Assembly (NCBI GenBank): GCA_043811375.1
Contig: JBDRNJ010000068.1
Location: 18,936 to 82,935 of the forward strand
DNA length: 64,000 nt
Direction of reading: 5' to 3'
Origin: a bacterium
GTDB taxonomy: Bacteria; Zixibacteria; MSB-5A5; GN15; FEB-12
The translations under genes were made by a program, and so were the position numbers. Below are positions 10,384-18,448 of this stretch, one piece after another; position 1 is the first letter of the stretch; each line of letters opens with the position of its first letter. The notes under the pieces are model-generated. The model had not been told where the DNA came from and ran no database searches. It saw only the letters and a program-made list of their open reading frames with translations.

Positions 10384-11715
10384 TTACAAACCTTCCTTCA
10401 GTTTTGGTGAACCCGCAGCCAGGTAGAAGCCGCTCCGGGCAACATAGTAATCAACCAGTGCTGTCGCCAGAAAGGCTTCCGCTTCGCTCAGAGAAGCCTC
10501 TGACTGCAACAGGCGATTGGCCGATAATACTCCCTGCCGATGTTTGAAAGCCGCCAGACGGTAATTGTCCCGGGCTACCTGATGTGAATACCGGGCCGTC
10601 TGATAAGTGTGGTAGGCCAGTTTCAGGTTTTCCGAAGCGAGGCGAATCTGACGGTCGATGCTGCGTGCGACGTCATGCCGCTGTTGCTGCGCCGCCGTGT
10701 GTTGTTGCCTGGCGCTCAGCATGTTGTGGTGTTGCTGCCGACCAAGATTAAACGACCAGTCAATACGAGCACCTACTGTAAAGTAGTCGTTAAAGTCATT
10801 GTGGAACCGATCCAGGTTTGGCTTGCCGTTGGAGTAGCCGCCGAATGCCGTTAAAGTGGGCATATAGGCGCTGTGGGTCAGACGTACCCGGGCGCGGTTG
10901 ATACCCAGCGCTGCTTCCGCTGCCTGCAGTCGGGGATTTGTAGCCGGTATCTCGTGCAGAGCTTGCTGCAGCCGGATGCTGTCCGGTGGCGGCAATGTCA
11001 GTGTTACCTGTAAACTATCGGTTATAGGCAGATCAAGCAGGAGGCATAGCCTGATTTCCGCTGAACGCCGGAGTGTAACGGTTTCCCTGATACGGAGATT
11101 AGCGCCGGCCAGGGCCAGGTCGGCCTCCAGTAGATCGACCGAATCGGCGGTACCGGCCGCGAAAGCGGACGCGACATCTTCACTGGTGACTGTGGCTCGC
11201 CGGAGAGCGGCGTCCGCAGCTTCCCGCAGTCGCTCGGCGCGGCAAAGTGAAAAGTATTCCAACCGCGTCTGGTACAACAGTTGATTGAGATAGTCCTGCT
11301 CGAGAGCATCCTTCATGGTTGCCGTAGAAGTGGCGGCATCGATATTGCCGCGAATCCGTCCGCCGGTGTACAATGGCATCATCAACCGCCAATCCATCTG
11401 GTAATTCTCATGAACGCCAACCGGACGCGAAAAAGTCTGGCCGGTCGGCAAACTGATGTCCAGTGTGGGAACGTTGTCAATGTAGAACGAAGCTACCTCC
11501 GCCGACAACGTGGGCAGGCGGGCGGCTCTGGCGGCACGCAGGGAACTCAGGGATGCTTCTCGCTCAGCTTGAGCACGTCGTAATTGGTGTGAGTTTTCAA
11601 CTGCCGATTCAAGTGCCTGCTGCAGTGACAGCTCTCCGGTTTGAGCGGACGGTGGTGTAACTAACATCACCAACAACAGTATCAACAGACCGGAAGGTAT
11701 TGGGGAGTGCTTCAT
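10384..11715 (-). CDS. TolC-family outer membrane efflux protein
   Basis: Signal peptide, ARAARLPTLS, PLYTGG, repeated OEP halves. Confidence 0.9.
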   Translation of the reverse strand: MKHSPIPSGLLILLLVMLVTPPSAQTGELSLQQALESAVENSHQLRRAQAEREASLSSLRAARAARLPTLSAEVASFYIDNVPTLDISLPTGQTFSRPVGVHENYQMDWRLMMPLYTGGRIRGNIDAATSTATMKDALEQDYLNQLLYQTRLEYFSLCRAERLREAADAALRRATVTSEDVASAFAAGTADSVDLLEADLALAGANLRIRETVTLRRSAEIRLCLLLDLPITDSLQVTLTLPPPDSIRLQQALHEIPATNPRLQAAEAALGINRARVRLTHSAYMPTLTAFGGYSNGKPNLDRFHNDFNDYFTVGARIDWSFNLGRQQHHNMLSARQQHTAAQQQRHDVARSIDRQIRLASENLKLAYHTYQTARYSHQVARDNYRLAAFKHRQGVLSANRLLQSEASLSEAEAFLATALVDYYVARSGFYLAAGSPKLKEGL

Positions 11716-12359
11716 CTCTTCTTAACTCCGTTCATAAACAGATCGATTACCGCTTTCTTGCGTTCATTGGCAAACTCCCGGTGGTCCTCAACCGCCCAGA
11801 CCTGATCGATCAGCGGCGCCAGAACAAAGTACCCGACATTCATCAGCACAAACGAGACAAAAGTCTGGCGAATATCGACCGGTCGGTACTCGCCACGCTC
11901 GATTCCGGCCTTGTATGATTTCACCATTTGTTCCGGCAGACCGGAAGCAATAATTGTCTGAGCGATCCGGGGCACCACATCGCTCCGAGCGTCGGCCAGT
12001 TCACGCAAAAGAATCGTCCGCAACAGGGGCTGGCTCGAAAACGCCTGATGATACACCTCAGCGAAGGCCGATAGTATCTCCTCCAGCCGCTCACTTTCAG
12101 TGATGGTCTGCCTAATAGTGCCAAGAATAGCTGTTAGATGTTCCTTTATTACTGATTGGTAGAGGGCTTCTTTGGATGAGAAGTAATAGTAGATCATCGC
12201 CTTATTGACCCCCGCTGCTCGTGCTATGCGATCAACTCGTGCTCCGGCCATACCCAGCCGCGCGAACTCATCCAGCGCTGCAGTGAGGATATTTTCTCTC
12301 GTGCCGGGTCCTTTGTCTGCCTTGGCAGTTTTTTCAGGACGTGCTATTCGATCACTCAT
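11712..12359 (-). CDS. TetR/AcrR-family transcriptional regulator
   Basis: ILTAALDEFARLGMAGARVDRIARAAGVNKAMIYYYFSSKEALY helix-turn-helix. Confidence 0.95.
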   Translation of the reverse strand: MSDRIARPEKTAKADKGPGTRENILTAALDEFARLGMAGARVDRIARAAGVNKAMIYYYFSSKEALYQSVIKEHLTAILGTIRQTITESERLEEILSAFAEVYHQAFSSQPLLRTILLRELADARSDVVPRIAQTIIASGLPEQMVKSYKAGIERGEYRPVDIRQTFVSFVLMNVGYFVLAPLIDQVWAVEDHREFANERKKAVIDLFMNGVKKR

Positions 12360-12363
12360 GCTG

Positions 12364-12396
12364 ACTAACCATTTAGTTTAACTAACTACATAGTTA
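12364..12396. promoter_or_regulatory. Tandem palindromic operators, probably TetR autoregulation of the efflux operon
   Basis: ACTAACCATTTAGT (12364-12377) and ACTAACTACATAGT (12381-12394) both fit ACTA-N6-TAGT, immediately upstream of the tetR start. Confidence 0.55.
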
Positions 12397-12529
12397 ATAT
12401 ATGGATTTCATACCAGAGTGCAAGAGCTATTTATAAGAAATTACAAATAGAGGCAAGTTATTGTAACATTATTAGTTAAGAGCAGTAAACGGTTTTCTGG
12501 TCAGGTTTGATCTAGTAATGATGTTGGCA

Positions 12530-12630
12530 GGTTCGTGGACGGACCCGCCCTACAGCAGATGTTACGTGGCAGGCGTACGTCCTCGTGCGCCCGCACTCCC
12601 AGCAAACGGGAACGTACGCCGTGCACAAAC
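12530..12630. repeat. REP-like palindromes
   Basis: GGCAGGTTC-GTGGAC-GGACCCGCC followed by CTAC; GGCGTACGT...ACGTACGCC. Confidence 0.5.
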
Positions 12631-12685
12631 CAATGAGGTGCGCCACTCAGCCATCCAGATGTCGGCTAAGCGACTCTGATTATTC

Positions 12686-13504
12686 TTACCGGCCCCTGAT
12701 GCTGCCCGATCCGGACACATGTTTACTGATGTGCTTGGGATCGCCGTAGAAGATAATATCCCCGCTTCCATATACCGCTCCGTCGAAACTGTCCTCGCAA
12801 TGGACTCGGACATCGCCCGAACCCTGGACGGTAACATCGGCCGTTTGTGCCCGGAGGTCGCGGGTGTCAACGTCGCCGGAGCCGTGGATACTGATTTCGA
12901 TCTCGTCCACTTTGCCCTCGGCGCTGAAGTCTCCCGAGCCGTGGATCAGGCATTCGACAAACTCGCCATCAAGTCGTTGCAGGACAATGTCACCGGAACC
13001 GTGAATGGAGCATTCGACACGATCGCAGGCCATTTCACCGACCATGATGTCGCCCGAGCCATTGACGCGGCAGTCGAAGCGTTTGCCGCTGACAGACTCG
13101 ACCGTGATGTCGCCCGAGCCGCGCGTGACCACCCGTTCCAATTTGGGGATCGTCACTTCCACCCGGCAACTATGCTCCGAGTCAAAGTTCTCATCGGAGT
13201 AAATCTGGAGCGTCTTTCTTCTGACGTTGGTTTCGACCAGATCGATCAGGTTGTCATCGAAAGTGATACTGACACTCTGCTTGTCCCCGAAAGTGACGAC
13301 GACATCAAAGGGGCCGGAGCTTTCGATGCGGGTGAATTCATCGACATCGCGGTCCTCGGACACCAGGTCGCCGGAGCCCTCGATACCATTGGTAGTTCTG
13401 ATTCCGAAGACTTTGTCGAACCAGTCCCCGGCGTTGGCGGATGCAGCCGCCATCAGGATTGCCGCCGTCAGTACTATTACGAACGCAAGTTTGTTCCTCG
13501 GCAT
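12686..13504 (-). CDS. Head GIN domain (DUF2807) secreted protein
   Basis: Signal peptide, IEGSGDLVSEDRDV, repeated GSGDI beta-helix units. Confidence 0.9.
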   Translation of the reverse strand: MPRNKLAFVIVLTAAILMAAASANAGDWFDKVFGIRTTNGIEGSGDLVSEDRDVDEFTRIESSGPFDVVVTFGDKQSVSITFDDNLIDLVETNVRRKTLQIYSDENFDSEHSCRVEVTIPKLERVVTRGSGDITVESVSGKRFDCRVNGSGDIMVGEMACDRVECSIHGSGDIVLQRLDGEFVECLIHGSGDFSAEGKVDEIEISIHGSGDVDTRDLRAQTADVTVQGSGDVRVHCEDSFDGAVYGSGDIIFYGDPKHISKHVSGSGSIRGR

Positions 13505-13659
13505 ACTTCCTCCTGCCTAATGTTAATTCACAGATATTTAGGAATACGCCTGCTGTCAAGCAAAGTTGCAGCCACAAGTGGGCCGCTTGCCGCATTTATT
13601 TTATCCGTCATCGCGAGACGGCAAGCCGTATTAATGCGTGGCGATCTCAATTTAACCGT

Positions 13660-13826
13660 TGGGGTCGGGTGACCCCTTCAGATTTGTTTGGGGGTGGATT
13701 CCTGTGGGCGGCAGATGTCCACATCTGCCCCAACTTCGTGCCGTCAGGTGACCCTGCCTGACGGCGGAAGTCAAGCGGGGCGATCTGAAGATCACCCCGC
13801 CAAATAACAATGTAGGTAGATGTCTA
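13660..13826. repeat. Cluster of REP-like palindromes
   Basis: GGGGTC-GGGT-GACCCC; GGCAGATGTCCACATCTGCC; GCCGTCAGG-TGACCCTG-CCTGACGGC; GCGGGGCGATC-TGAA-GATCACCCCGC. Confidence 0.6.
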
Positions 13827-16800
13827 CTTCAGCAGAATCATCTTCCTTGATTCAACGTAATCACCCGCCTCCAGGCGATACAGATACACACCGCTGGCAA
13901 CATCGCTGCCATCCCAAGTCACGGTGTGAATCCCAGCCTCGTAGTGACGATCAGCTAATGTCGCCACCACCTGTCCCATGACATTGAAGACCTGTAGCTT
14001 CACTTCGGAAGCAATCGGCAGAGCAAAGCTGATCTCGGTGATTGGATTAAACGGGTTAGGGTAGTTCTGTGTCAACCCGTACGTAACCGGTATCTCTGCC
14101 TGTTTATAAGCGATATTGGCAATTGACAGAGGAATCACCCCGGCTGCTACCTGACGGTTGTTGTTAATCTCATCGCAAATTGTTTTTGCCGTTTCATGGT
14201 CACCCACGGGGTCATCGATCAGGTTGTCACAATAAGTGATTGCCTGCGTCACGGTGGCACCATCCACACTGATGATTTCCGTCTGGCTGAGCTTTCCACT
14301 GGCCACGTTTAGAAGCAATGCCATTAACTGCTGTTTTGCCCGAGCTGTCATGCCAACATTGCCCTTGAGGTTCAGCAGCTCTTTTGCTGCCTGGAGCTTG
14401 TCGTCACATGAGCCCGAAATCGGCGGTTGATAAATGATAACCTGATTGATGGCATTGCCGTTGAAATGCGCCTCGATCAGATCCAGGTAGCTGCAGAGAG
14501 TCGCCGCGTCGATTTGGGCACTACCCTTACCCCCTGTTGCTACACCAACCTGGTGTTTCCAGAAGCCGATGGTCCTCGGAGAGGCGGTGATTTCCACACA
14601 GGTGAGCGCAAAATCGACATTCACTGTATCACCACCGACTATCGTAGTAGCAATTACCTCCGGAGAAACGTAGTAACCCAAAGGCGTTACTATCGTGAAG
14701 GTGTAGTCCCCAGCAAGTATTTCACACATTTCGTAATAACCATTAGCATCGGTTACGGCGATGTCAATTAAGGTTCCGACGCCGTCAAATATGTCAATGC
14801 CTACACCCAATAGTCCAGTACCAGGGGCAGGGCAGTTGGCCGTCACATAACCCGCAACGCATCCAAAAGGTAGAGGAATGATCGAAACTATGGCATTTGT
14901 CCTCGTGATTTCTGGTACACTGGGGAAATAGACGGTGGCGAAGTTTATAATGTCAGTTCCTACCGGCGCGTCACCTCTGACATTGACACTAAAGTAGAAG
15001 CTGCCTCCCTCTTCGGGGCCAACCTCACCGACAAACCAGGTAATCGTTCGAGTCGAAGGGTTATAGGTACCTTCACCGCCCAGGGACAACGTCAGATCGT
15101 CCACGTCTTCATCCAACACGTCCGTAATATAGACACCAAAAGCAATTCCTTCGCCTTCGTTCTCGAATTCAACCTCATAGTTTAATGTTTGCCCCGGCTG
15201 CACATTGCCTTCAGGACCGTATTTGATGTTGGGGTCATGGGCAACGGTCATTTCTACTGTTGAAGTTTGCTCAGGAATGCTTGTAGGTGTGTAATTATAA
15301 TGCTCCCGCAACCCTCTGATTATCTCGTTTATTGACATGTCTGGTGAAAATGTTAGCTCTCCATCGGAGGTTGTCCAACCATTCTTAAGACCTTCAGGAG
15401 AATATTTGATTTTATATAACAATTTGTACATCTCTCTCCAATACTGCACATTCCCGTAAATCGGTGAAACTTGATATTCAATTCTGGCTCGCCCAAGGGC
15501 AGCTATTAATATACCTTCAGATAATACATCTGCTACCATTGCAAGAGATATAGCTTCCCCCCAAGGACTTGGAATTGCATACGTAATCAACCCCCATAAA
15601 GGATCTAGCGTTTCTTTATCTTCGTGGGTTAGACCTGGTGTAGAATGTTGGAAAACCGAGTCTGCTTCTTTTTTTGAGAAAAGCCATATTTGGCTGGCTA
15701 ATTGAGTGCCCATTGGTAAACCCCAAAATAGTTCTGTTTGAAAACTTAAATATTCTATTGATTTTGGGGGAATATTATTGAAATCCCATCGGATCATGTG
15801 CATAACATCATCATACATACCTGGGGAGGTAAGCTGCACAATGTCAGCTAAAGTAGGGGGTATACCGATTAAAGTAGTATTTTCTGCTGTCTTTATTCCA
15901 TCATTCCTCAATTCGATAACATAAGTTATTGTCTGTCCAGGGCTTGCTCTTCCAGGTCCCCAGATTGTAACTTTCAAATCAGCCATTGGGGGAAGACCAA
16001 GATCAACTCTTTCTATGTCTAAGAATAGGATTCTTGGGAGGCTACTTTCATCTAAGGTGGCGGTTAGAATACCAAAGAGGGGATTGTCAAAAAGCCCTTT
16101 CAATTCTACTCTTCCCGGAGAGACAAGGTTATCGTATGTCCAGCCTTCTCCGGCCCCAGATTCTGAGACATAAGAAATTATTGAAAAGCCTTCTCCAGAA
16201 TATGGGTTGGTTTCCTCAACCACTCTAAGATGAGTCAAAACAGTGCTCAAGGACCCAATGTAATCGCCATAGACATTTCCTTCGAGGTTGGTTTGCAGGA
16301 TATAAAGTTCTGTAGCGGGGAATTCAGAACTGCTGTGGTAAGACACAGTCCCATTTAAGTTGATAGTCGCCGAGGTAATTGTACCTCCAAGCCGACCTAT
16401 TTTCCAGGTAGCTTGATATTGGTCATAAGTGTCACTTCCTGGCATAGTTTCGGTTAGATATCCCTCAACAGTGGCTGAGATTTCTCCTGATGTTGCACCT
16501 TTTAGATAAATCTTTCCCTCTTGAGGCTTGAGGAATAGGGCTCCCTTCCAATCACCTGTATAGGAAATCCCTCCCAGCGTAGCTTCCCACTCACCTTTAG
16601 AAAATCCCTTACCGGCAAAGGATCCGGTTGTGATACTAACGATTTCAAAGTTGGTGAAATTGAGGGTGCTGTTGAAATCACCGCTCACTACAACATTGTC
16701 AAGGACGGCATTCTGACCAAGGAGAGTTTCAAACAAAGTGGATTCTGTAAAAGATTTTTCAATGGCATAGGAACCAATAACATTCATAAGGACGGAAACG

Positions 16801-17588
16801 TTGTCAGATCCCGAATTCGCCACCGCCAGGTCAAAATCGCCGTCGCTGTCAAGGTCGGACGAGAAAACTGAACGGGGATAATCCCCGACCCCATAATTGA
16901 CCGCCGGGGCAAATGTCCCGTTGCCGTTGTTCACCAGGATGGAGACGTTGTCAGAATTATCGAAGTTCGCCACCGCCAGGTCATTGACCTTATCCCCGTT
17001 AAGGTCGGCTGAGAAAACTGAAGTGGGAAAATACCCGGCCCCATAATTGACCGCCGAGGCAAATGTCCCGTCGCCGTTATTCAGCAGGATCGAGACGTTG
17101 TTAGAATGGGCATTCGCCACTGCCAGGTCGCGGTCGCTATCCCCGTCAAGGTCAGCTGAGAAAACTGAAAAGGGATTATCCCCGGCTCCATAATTGACCG
17201 CCGCGGCAAATGTCCCGTCGCCGTTGTTCAGCAGGATGGAGACGTTGTTAGACCAGGCATTCGCCACTGCCAGGTCGTTGTCGTTATCCCCGTCAAGGTC
17301 GGCTGAGAAAACCGAACCGGGATGATCCCCGGGCCCATAATTGACCGCCGGAGCAAATGTCCCGTCGCCGTTGTTCAGCAGGATCGAGACGTTGTTAGAA
17401 TGGGAATTCGCCACTGCCAGGTCATTGTCGTTATCCCCGTCAAGATCGGCTGAGAAAACTGAATGGGGCCCATCCCCGACCCCATAATTGACTGCGGTGT
17501 CGAACTGGGGCTCAACGGCAAGACTGATGCCGGCTAGAGCCAGCACCGTGATTGATAGAATCAATGTAAAAGACATTGCGTCTTTCAT
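13824..17588 (-). CDS. Large secreted protein: five FG-GAP repeats, unknown domain, DUF11-like, variable core, DPN-type domain, carboxypeptidase-regulatory-like domain, T9SS type A C-terminal sorting domain
   Basis: Signal peptide; SADLDGDNDNDLAVAN repeats; PGQTITYVIELRNDG; AHDPNIKYGP...EFENEG; C-terminus LTQNYPNPFNP...GVYLYRLEAGDYVESRKMILLK. Confidence 0.88.
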   Translation of the reverse strand: MKDAMSFTLILSITVLALAGISLAVEPQFDTAVNYGVGDGPHSVFSADLDGDNDNDLAVANSHSNNVSILLNNGDGTFAPAVNYGPGDHPGSVFSADLDGDNDNDLAVANAWSNNVSILLNNGDGTFAAAVNYGAGDNPFSVFSADLDGDSDRDLAVANAHSNNVSILLNNGDGTFASAVNYGAGYFPTSVFSADLNGDKVNDLAVANFDNSDNVSILVNNGNGTFAPAVNYGVGDYPRSVFSSDLDSDGDFDLAVANSGSDNVSVLMNVIGSYAIEKSFTESTLFETLLGQNAVLDNVVVSGDFNSTLNFTNFEIVSITTGSFAGKGFSKGEWEATLGGISYTGDWKGALFLKPQEGKIYLKGATSGEISATVEGYLTETMPGSDTYDQYQATWKIGRLGGTITSATINLNGTVSYHSSSEFPATELYILQTNLEGNVYGDYIGSLSTVLTHLRVVEETNPYSGEGFSIISYVSESGAGEGWTYDNLVSPGRVELKGLFDNPLFGILTATLDESSLPRILFLDIERVDLGLPPMADLKVTIWGPGRASPGQTITYVIELRNDGIKTAENTTLIGIPPTLADIVQLTSPGMYDDVMHMIRWDFNNIPPKSIEYLSFQTELFWGLPMGTQLASQIWLFSKKEADSVFQHSTPGLTHEDKETLDPLWGLITYAIPSPWGEAISLAMVADVLSEGILIAALGRARIEYQVSPIYGNVQYWREMYKLLYKIKYSPEGLKNGWTTSDGELTFSPDMSINEIIRGLREHYNYTPTSIPEQTSTVEMTVAHDPNIKYGPEGNVQPGQTLNYEVEFENEGEGIAFGVYITDVLDEDVDDLTLSLGGEGTYNPSTRTITWFVGEVGPEEGGSFYFSVNVRGDAPVGTDIINFATVYFPSVPEITRTNAIVSIIPLPFGCVAGYVTANCPAPGTGLLGVGIDIFDGVGTLIDIAVTDANGYYEMCEILAGDYTFTIVTPLGYYVSPEVIATTIVGGDTVNVDFALTCVEITASPRTIGFWKHQVGVATGGKGSAQIDAATLCSYLDLIEAHFNGNAINQVIIYQPPISGSCDDKLQAAKELLNLKGNVGMTARAKQQLMALLLNVASGKLSQTEIISVDGATVTQAITYCDNLIDDPVGDHETAKTICDEINNNRQVAAGVIPLSIANIAYKQAEIPVTYGLTQNYPNPFNPITEISFALPIASEVKLQVFNVMGQVVATLADRHYEAGIHTVTWDGSDVASGVYLYRLEAGDYVESRKMILLK
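16780..17500 (-). repeat. Five intragenic tandem repeats of 147-150 nt encoding FG-GAP blades
   Basis: Anchor (g/a)acgttgt recurs at 17388, 17241, 17094, 16944 and 16797 (spacings 147, 147, 150, 147). Confidence 0.9.
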
Positions 17589-17637
17589 TGTTGTTTTCCT
17601 CCCAAGTTACTGCTAAGGTGTGTTACATGTTGGGCAT

Positions 17638-17760
17638 GTTGAAAAATATAACAAACGTCATAGCGAGGAGCGAAGCGACGTGGCTATCTCGTTGGTATTC
17701 AATATGCGAGATTGCCACGCTGTCGCTCGCAATGACGAGAATAGGACTTTTTCAACAGGC
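17638..17760 (+). mobile_element. MITE-like palindromic element, copy A
   Basis: Bounded by GTTGAAAAA...TTTTTCAAC inverted ends, with an internal long palindrome (CGTCATAGCGAG...CTCGCAATGACG). An inverted near-identical copy lies at ~52086-52197. Confidence 0.7.
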
Positions 17761-18204
17761 CCATGTTTACATTACCGAGACAATTCTTGCCATACATGTC
17801 CCCCTGTTTTGTTCCGGTTGCGGGAAACTACCTCCGCCGTGCCGTGGTTTGAAATTGAGCTATTTGCATATCAGATTCGTGTATTTCCTTGCTCTACTTT
17901 GTTGCGTCAGGTCACACCCGCCTGGGCGGGCAACATCTGACAGAACGTCATGCACTAAACACAGGCCCGTCATTGCGAATCCGCCACAAGCAGTGTGGCA
18001 ATCGTGAGTAACTTCAAGAACTTCACATTACTTCCTGCGTATCAACACTGCTGCCTTGTGACTGCCCTGTATTCTCAAATAAGTACACAGCCAGTATAGC
18101 CCCTGCTGTCCACGATGTCAAGCGAAAAATCTTGATTTTAGTGCGTTTTCCCGCCCCCCACTCCCCTCTTGACAACTACGCACGCATGCTGCATCTTACC
18201 GTCA

Positions 18205-18370
18205 CAACATTGCGGTGCCGTCCGTGTGGACGGGTAATAGGGAAGACGGTGCGAATCCGTCGCAGCCCCGCTACTGTGAAGGCTACTCCACGGGCCTGAT
18301 GCCACCTGTCATCGACGGGGAAGGCGCTCGCCGGAGGTGTGATGCCTCAGCCAGGAAACCTGCCGCGATC
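18205..18370 (+). ncRNA. Cobalamin (B12) riboswitch
   Basis: GGTG...TAATAGGGAAGACGGTGCGAATCCGTCGCAGCCCCGCTACTGTGA...GCCAC...GGGAAGGC...AGCCAGGAAACCTGCC (B12 box), upstream of a TonB-dependent receptor. Confidence 0.93.
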
Positions 18371-18448
18371 CAATCTCACCACGTTGCTGTCAGCGCGGGC
18401 TGACTGACGGCGGTTGTTCCGCGCCGACGGCGACCAATGGAGGCCGCT

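Noticed and set aside
5622-12359. Efflux operon as a novel system
   Set aside because: It is a standard TetR-TolC-HlyD-ABC(2 ATPases)-2 permease arrangement of the YbhGFSR type.
16780-17500. CRISPR-like repeat array
   Set aside because: The units are 147-150 nt, in frame, lack unique spacers and encode FG-GAP blades. No cas genes are present.
17576-18007. ORFs spanning the MITE/REP region (17576-18007, 17620-17940, 51924-52217)
   Set aside because: They are translations of palindromic repeat DNA (VIARSEATW- and RDCHAVARND-type strings), not proteins.
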